A stretch of 25,078 nucleotides of DNA from a virus (Duplodnaviria; Caudoviricetes), in IMG/VR virus record IMGVR_UViG_3300037851_000200, positions 1-25,078 of that record; one strand, given 5' to 3'. The position numbers and the translations under genes were made by a program. Shown piece after piece: positions 24,985-25,078 of the stretch (position 1 is the first letter of the stretch; every line of letters starts with the position of its first letter). The notes under the pieces were generated by a model that was not told where the DNA came from, searched no databases, and was given only the letters and a program-made list of their open reading frames with translations.

Positions 24985-25078
24985 ATGAATTCAGAATGTA
25001 AATGCCCGCTTTCATCAGAATGTACAGCTAAGCGCGGATACTTTGATTGTTCTAAGAAACTCCTTAAACTGGTGGAAG
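24985..25078 (+). CDS. Cys-containing hypothetical protein (partial)
   Basis: GGAG RBS then MNSECKCPLSSECTAKRGYFDC..., open to the window end. Confidence 0.5.
   Translation, partial: MNSECKCPLSSECTAKRGYFDCSKKLLKLVE

Larger units (their letters stand above)
1..25078. mobile_element. Segment of a P22-like podovirus genome or prophage
   Basis: Gene order terS-terL-(insert)-portal-scaffold-coat-gp4-like-gp10-like-ejection proteins-tailspike, plus dense small ORFs; no host housekeeping genes seen. Confidence 0.95.

Noticed and set aside
1-25078. Stop-codon reassignment, introns or inteins
   Set aside because: Core genes are intact and of expected size in the standard code, and TAA, TAG and TGA all serve as stops

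Overview
The whole window is part of a tailed-phage (or prophage) genome with a P22-like podovirus morphogenesis module. On the minus strand, from right to left, are terS, terL, portal, scaffold, coat, a small Ser/Thr-rich protein, a SAM methyltransferase, a GT-A glycosyltransferase, gp4-like and gp10-like head-tail proteins, a needle-position protein, three or four ejection proteins and the start of a tailspike. Four things depart from the standard layout. (1) A methyltransferase and glycosyltransferase pair is translationally coupled inside the head operon, a candidate virion-modification system. (2) terL and portal are separated by a 3.6 kb plus-strand block of small genes with its own divergent control region, where both transcripts start with terminator-containing structured leaders. 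(3) The small early-type genes at 21-25 kb sit behind two symmetric divergent sigma54-type (-24/-12) promoters with enhancer-like repeats between them. (4) An attC-like palindrome lies near the right end. No integrase, replication, lysis, tRNA or CRISPR features were seen. All product calls rest on motifs and synteny read by eye, with no database search.
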